Positions 61,785 through 64,000 of a stretch of DNA of 64,000 nucleotides are shown here, piece by piece. Each line of letters starts with the position of its first letter. Positions within the stretch are counted from its first letter, which is position 1. Under the pieces are notes generated by a model. It was not told the origin of the DNA and did no database searches. It was given only the letters and a program-made list of their open reading frames with translations. Source of the DNA: a virus. Location: IMG/VR virus record IMGVR_UViG_3300014050_000004, positions 54,466-118,465 of that record, one strand, 5' to 3'. The position numbers were made by a program, and so were the translations under genes.

Positions 61785-61827
61785 ATGATAGCGCGATTTA
61801 AGGGTCCGGTAAAGTTCGGTTAACCGA
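61785..61827 (-). promoter_or_regulatory. Palindrome-linked sigma70-type promoter, leaderless
   Basis: TCGGTTAACCGA-A-CTTTAC-N18-TATCAT-N6-ATG; 27-nt identity with the 39953-39979 copy. Confidence 0.8.
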
Positions 61828-61828
61828 A

Positions 61829-62329
61829 TCATAGGGTTACGAGAGTCACCTCTGCCCAGTCTTTGCTGCGAACGGCAAAATCCTCTATCATGGGTACAAT
61901 CCTTGACTCGTCGCCCTTGGCGTACCCGCACCCAATTTTTGGAAAGCCAATTCGTACTTTCCTGCCCATTTTATGTCCCATTTGCGTAGAGAAAATTTCC
62001 AACTTTCTCAGAAACTCTGAGAACTTCTCATACTCAAAGAGATCTTTTCTGCCGTCCTTGAGCAATCCACTCCACCCATACTGGGTGTATGCGTTAACAA
62101 CTGTGAACCCATGTGCCCCTGATTTGACCTCCGCAAAAGAGAAAGTTCCGAGCTTTGAAAGGTCTCCGCGGGGAGTAAGATTATCCGCTGCTGCAACAGA
62201 AGGGTAACGAGAGGCTATTTCTCTCGCAATTCCGCTGCCCATTTTATGAAAGCAGTTGCAGCCGTGAACTATAATATCGAACTTTGCTTCTTCGGCGAGG
62301 TCAATGAGGTTGCCTGTGATTCTTTTCAT
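61829..62329 (-). CDS. Macro domain protein (ADP-ribose processing)
   Basis: GNLID...IVHGCNCFHKMGSGIA...VNAYTQ...FPKIGCG. Confidence 0.88.
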   Translation of the reverse strand: MKRITGNLIDLAEEAKFDIIVHGCNCFHKMGSGIAREIASRYPSVAAADNLTPRGDLSKLGTFSFAEVKSGAHGFTVVNAYTQYGWSGLLKDGRKDLFEYEKFSEFLRKLEIFSTQMGHKMGRKVRIGFPKIGCGYAKGDESRIVPMIEDFAVRSKDWAEVTLVTL

Positions 62330-62338
62330 ACAGATGTT

Positions 62339-62533
62339 TCAGTTGTACTCTCTACCTGTTTCGATGAGCTTGCTGCTATTTTTTATCCCGTCTCTCATTT
62401 CTATCCAGCCAATATTTATCAAGTCCCAGAAAGACTTCTTCCATCCTCCGTTCCAAGAAAGTTCATTGTAGCACTCATTGAGAAACACTCTCTTGTACCA
62501 TGCCTCAAGGACACACCCAAGGTAAACAATCAT
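62339..62533 (-). CDS. Hypothetical protein
   Basis: ATGA overlap with the endolysin stop. Confidence 0.45.
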   Translation of the reverse strand: MIVYLGCVLEAWYKRVFLNECYNELSWNGGWKKSFWDLINIGWIEMRDGIKNSSKLIETGREYN

Positions 62534-63150
62534 CTTTGACCTACCTCCTTCATTCCTTCATTCCATAGCTGTCCTTCAGTTTTACGTCTCCTTTTGAGAC
62601 CTTCGGTTACGGATGAGCCAGGGTTCACGTACAGCATAAGGGCTTGGGGAACCTCCTCCCACTTTTTCTCTCTCAAGCACCTTGAAATGGTGTTGAAACC
62701 GTCAGACCCGTAAAAATTGGCCCCCAAGTTGTAGGCAAAGCTCAGCAAAGCCCCTTGCATTTTTGATGCCATCTCTCCCCAATAAGGGATCTTAGTGAGT
62801 GGTGGCAGATATTCGGATTTCAAGGAGGACAGCAACAAGTCATCTGCTTCCTGTTGGGTTACCCTTTGGCCAAGCTTAAAAAAGTTGCCGGAAGAGTCAC
62901 GGGTGCTTCCCCAACCAATTGTGATCGGAAGGGACCCTGTCAGAGGGTCTGGATAAGCGTCTAAGCTGCAACCTTCAAACTCTTTGATGATGCTGACTCC
63001 GGATGATGGAACATTCACCCCTCTGTACATGGTGGCAAAAGTCTCCAAGATTGCCTTAGGTACCTTGGACTGCAAAAAGTCATAAGCCTCATTTTGGTGA
63101 GGCTCAGACTTGTAGTATCGGGCAGCGTCTTTCAAGTTGATGGGCGTCAT
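62530..63150 (-). CDS. Endolysin, GH24 lysozyme with an N-terminal extra domain
   Basis: IIKEFEG...AYPDP...ITIGWGST...ALLSFAYNLG...GLKRRRKTE; N-terminal DAARYYKSEPHQ...FATMYR. Confidence 0.92.
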   Translation of the reverse strand: MTPINLKDAARYYKSEPHQNEAYDFLQSKVPKAILETFATMYRGVNVPSSGVSIIKEFEGCSLDAYPDPLTGSLPITIGWGSTRDSSGNFFKLGQRVTQQEADDLLLSSLKSEYLPPLTKIPYWGEMASKMQGALLSFAYNLGANFYGSDGFNTISRCLREKKWEEVPQALMLYVNPGSSVTEGLKRRRKTEGQLWNEGMKEVGQR

Positions 63151-63174
63151 GAGCAGAAGGGGGTTACCTTCTAT

Positions 63175-63999
63175 TCACTTACCCGTTTTACAGAGCCATA
63201 CATTGCTGATGGCTTTGAAAGAAAAGTCGCTGTTCAGGGACTTGAATACCAGTCCTTCCCGCCTGGCTTGAGGGTTCATGGAAGGACCATCTGCAAAGGC
63301 TAGGAGAGCCTCGAGAGACCCGAGCTCAGAGCTGACGCACAGGTCCCCGTTAAGTACGGGCACGTGCTCCAGGGAGGCTCCTAGAGACCTCAGAGCCCTC
63401 ACCTGCTCTTGGCGCTCTTCGGGCGAGAGATACCTTTGCTCATCGATATTGAAAATATCAAAGAGGTACAGACGTTGGCCTTGAATCTTTTCTTGATTCC
63501 CCTGAATCCCTTCACCAATGAGCTCAAACTGGAGAGCCAAATTGTCTCCTGTTTCGTTGTATAGCTGGAGTAGCGCTTCAATCACCTTTTGGGAACGGGC
63601 AGTAGACCAGAAGGTGTTGTTTTCCGTTTCCGTCAGATCCAGATTGCGACTGCACACCCCAAGGTTTCCGTCTTTGCAGTACACAGTGCAAGAGGATCCG
63701 TCAAGCTTCAAGGTGACTTCGTACCTTTCCCCGTAACGGTCGCGAAAGATCTCTTCAACAAGATTTTGGCAGCGTTCCTGGTCGGTTTTCGGTACGAAAG
63801 AAGGGAAGTTACCTTTGACCACACCTGCAAGTTGAGGCGGGATGTAAGGTTCCCACTTCTGAATCCCAAGTTGTTGGGTTAGTTCAAAACCGATAGGAGA
63901 ACCAGCGAGAGGCCAGAGTCCTTTCTCATCGAGGATTGTTGTAGGCAGGAGGAGACCCTGACTCACCTGACCGCGGAACTTCATGGTCTTGAGACGTTC
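63175..63999 (-). CDS. RNA ligase, DRB0094/Rnl5-like (partial, 5' end outside window)
   Basis: RLKTMKFRGQVSQGL, FPSFVPKTDQERCQN, motif I TLKLDGSS, FELIGEGIQGN, FDIF, EGLVFK, FKAISN. Confidence 0.9.
   Translation of the reverse strand, partial: ERLKTMKFRGQVSQGLLLPTTILDEKGLWPLAGSPIGFELTQQLGIQKWEPYIPPQLAGVVKGNFPSFVPKTDQERCQNLVEEIFRDRYGERYEVTLKLDGSSCTVYCKDGNLGVCSRNLDLTETENNTFWSTARSQKVIEALLQLYNETGDNLALQFELIGEGIQGNQEKIQGQRLYLFDIFNIDEQRYLSPEERQEQVRALRSLGASLEHVPVLNGDLCVSSELGSLEALLAFADGPSMNPQARREGLVFKSLNSDFSFKAISNVWLCKTGK
63178..63184 (-). promoter_or_regulatory. GGGTAWR putative late-promoter element (endolysin)
   Basis: GGGTAAG inside the last ligase codons, 27 nt upstream of ATG 63150. Confidence 0.5.
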
Positions 64000-64000
64000 T

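Noticed and set aside
39961-61827. Palindrome motif as an intrinsic terminator
   Set aside because: The stem is only 4-6 bp, there is no U-tract beyond CTTT, and the fixed spacing to a -10 box favours a promoter element
48-63882. Numerous plus-strand ORFs in the track (e.g. 999-1343, 20253-20813, 23395-24057, 28618-29367)
   Set aside because: They lie antisense to well-supported minus-strand genes, carry no motifs, and their Ser/Leu/Phe-rich composition mirrors the acidic or biased sense codons
1-64000. CRISPR array, long tandem DNA repeats, transposase/integrase
   Set aside because: None seen; the repeats found are dispersed promoter motifs or protein-level repeats

Overview
Fragment of a large contractile-tailed (myovirus-like) phage genome. 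The host is probably cyanobacterial, inferred from a TIGR03792-like gene, a protein family I recall from cyanophages, the endolysin N-terminal domain and tRNAs lacking CCA. Almost all genes are on the minus strand; only phoH and an LMW-PTP-like phosphatase are on plus. 1-32.5 kb is the virion module: terminase, Mu-like portal, protease-scaffold, gpF, gp36, gp37 and gpG, major capsid, baseplate J/gp25/spike, tube, a 1205-aa sheath and a tail chaperone with a -1 frameshift site. 32.9-39.3 kb holds a mitochondrial Pol-gamma-like family A DNA polymerase and a GyrA/ParC-like subunit. 42.1-51.1 kb is a candidate DNA hypermodification cluster: P-loop kinase, GT-B glycosyltransferase, amino-acid:DNA-transferase-like protein, LMW-PTP, amidoligase, class-II glutamine amidotransferase, ATP-grasp and two tandem TET/JBP-like dioxygenases. 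51-64 kb holds accessory genes: SprT, 5'-3' exonuclease, PNK/HAD/metallophosphoesterases, RNA ligase, macro domain, DUF932, two tRNAs and endolysin. Two promoter classes were read from intergenic DNA: an 8-copy palindrome/-35/-10 element often driving leaderless mRNAs, and a GGGTAWR element upstream of mainly late genes. All family assignments come from motifs recognised by eye; no searches were run. Several start codons were moved from the ORF track.
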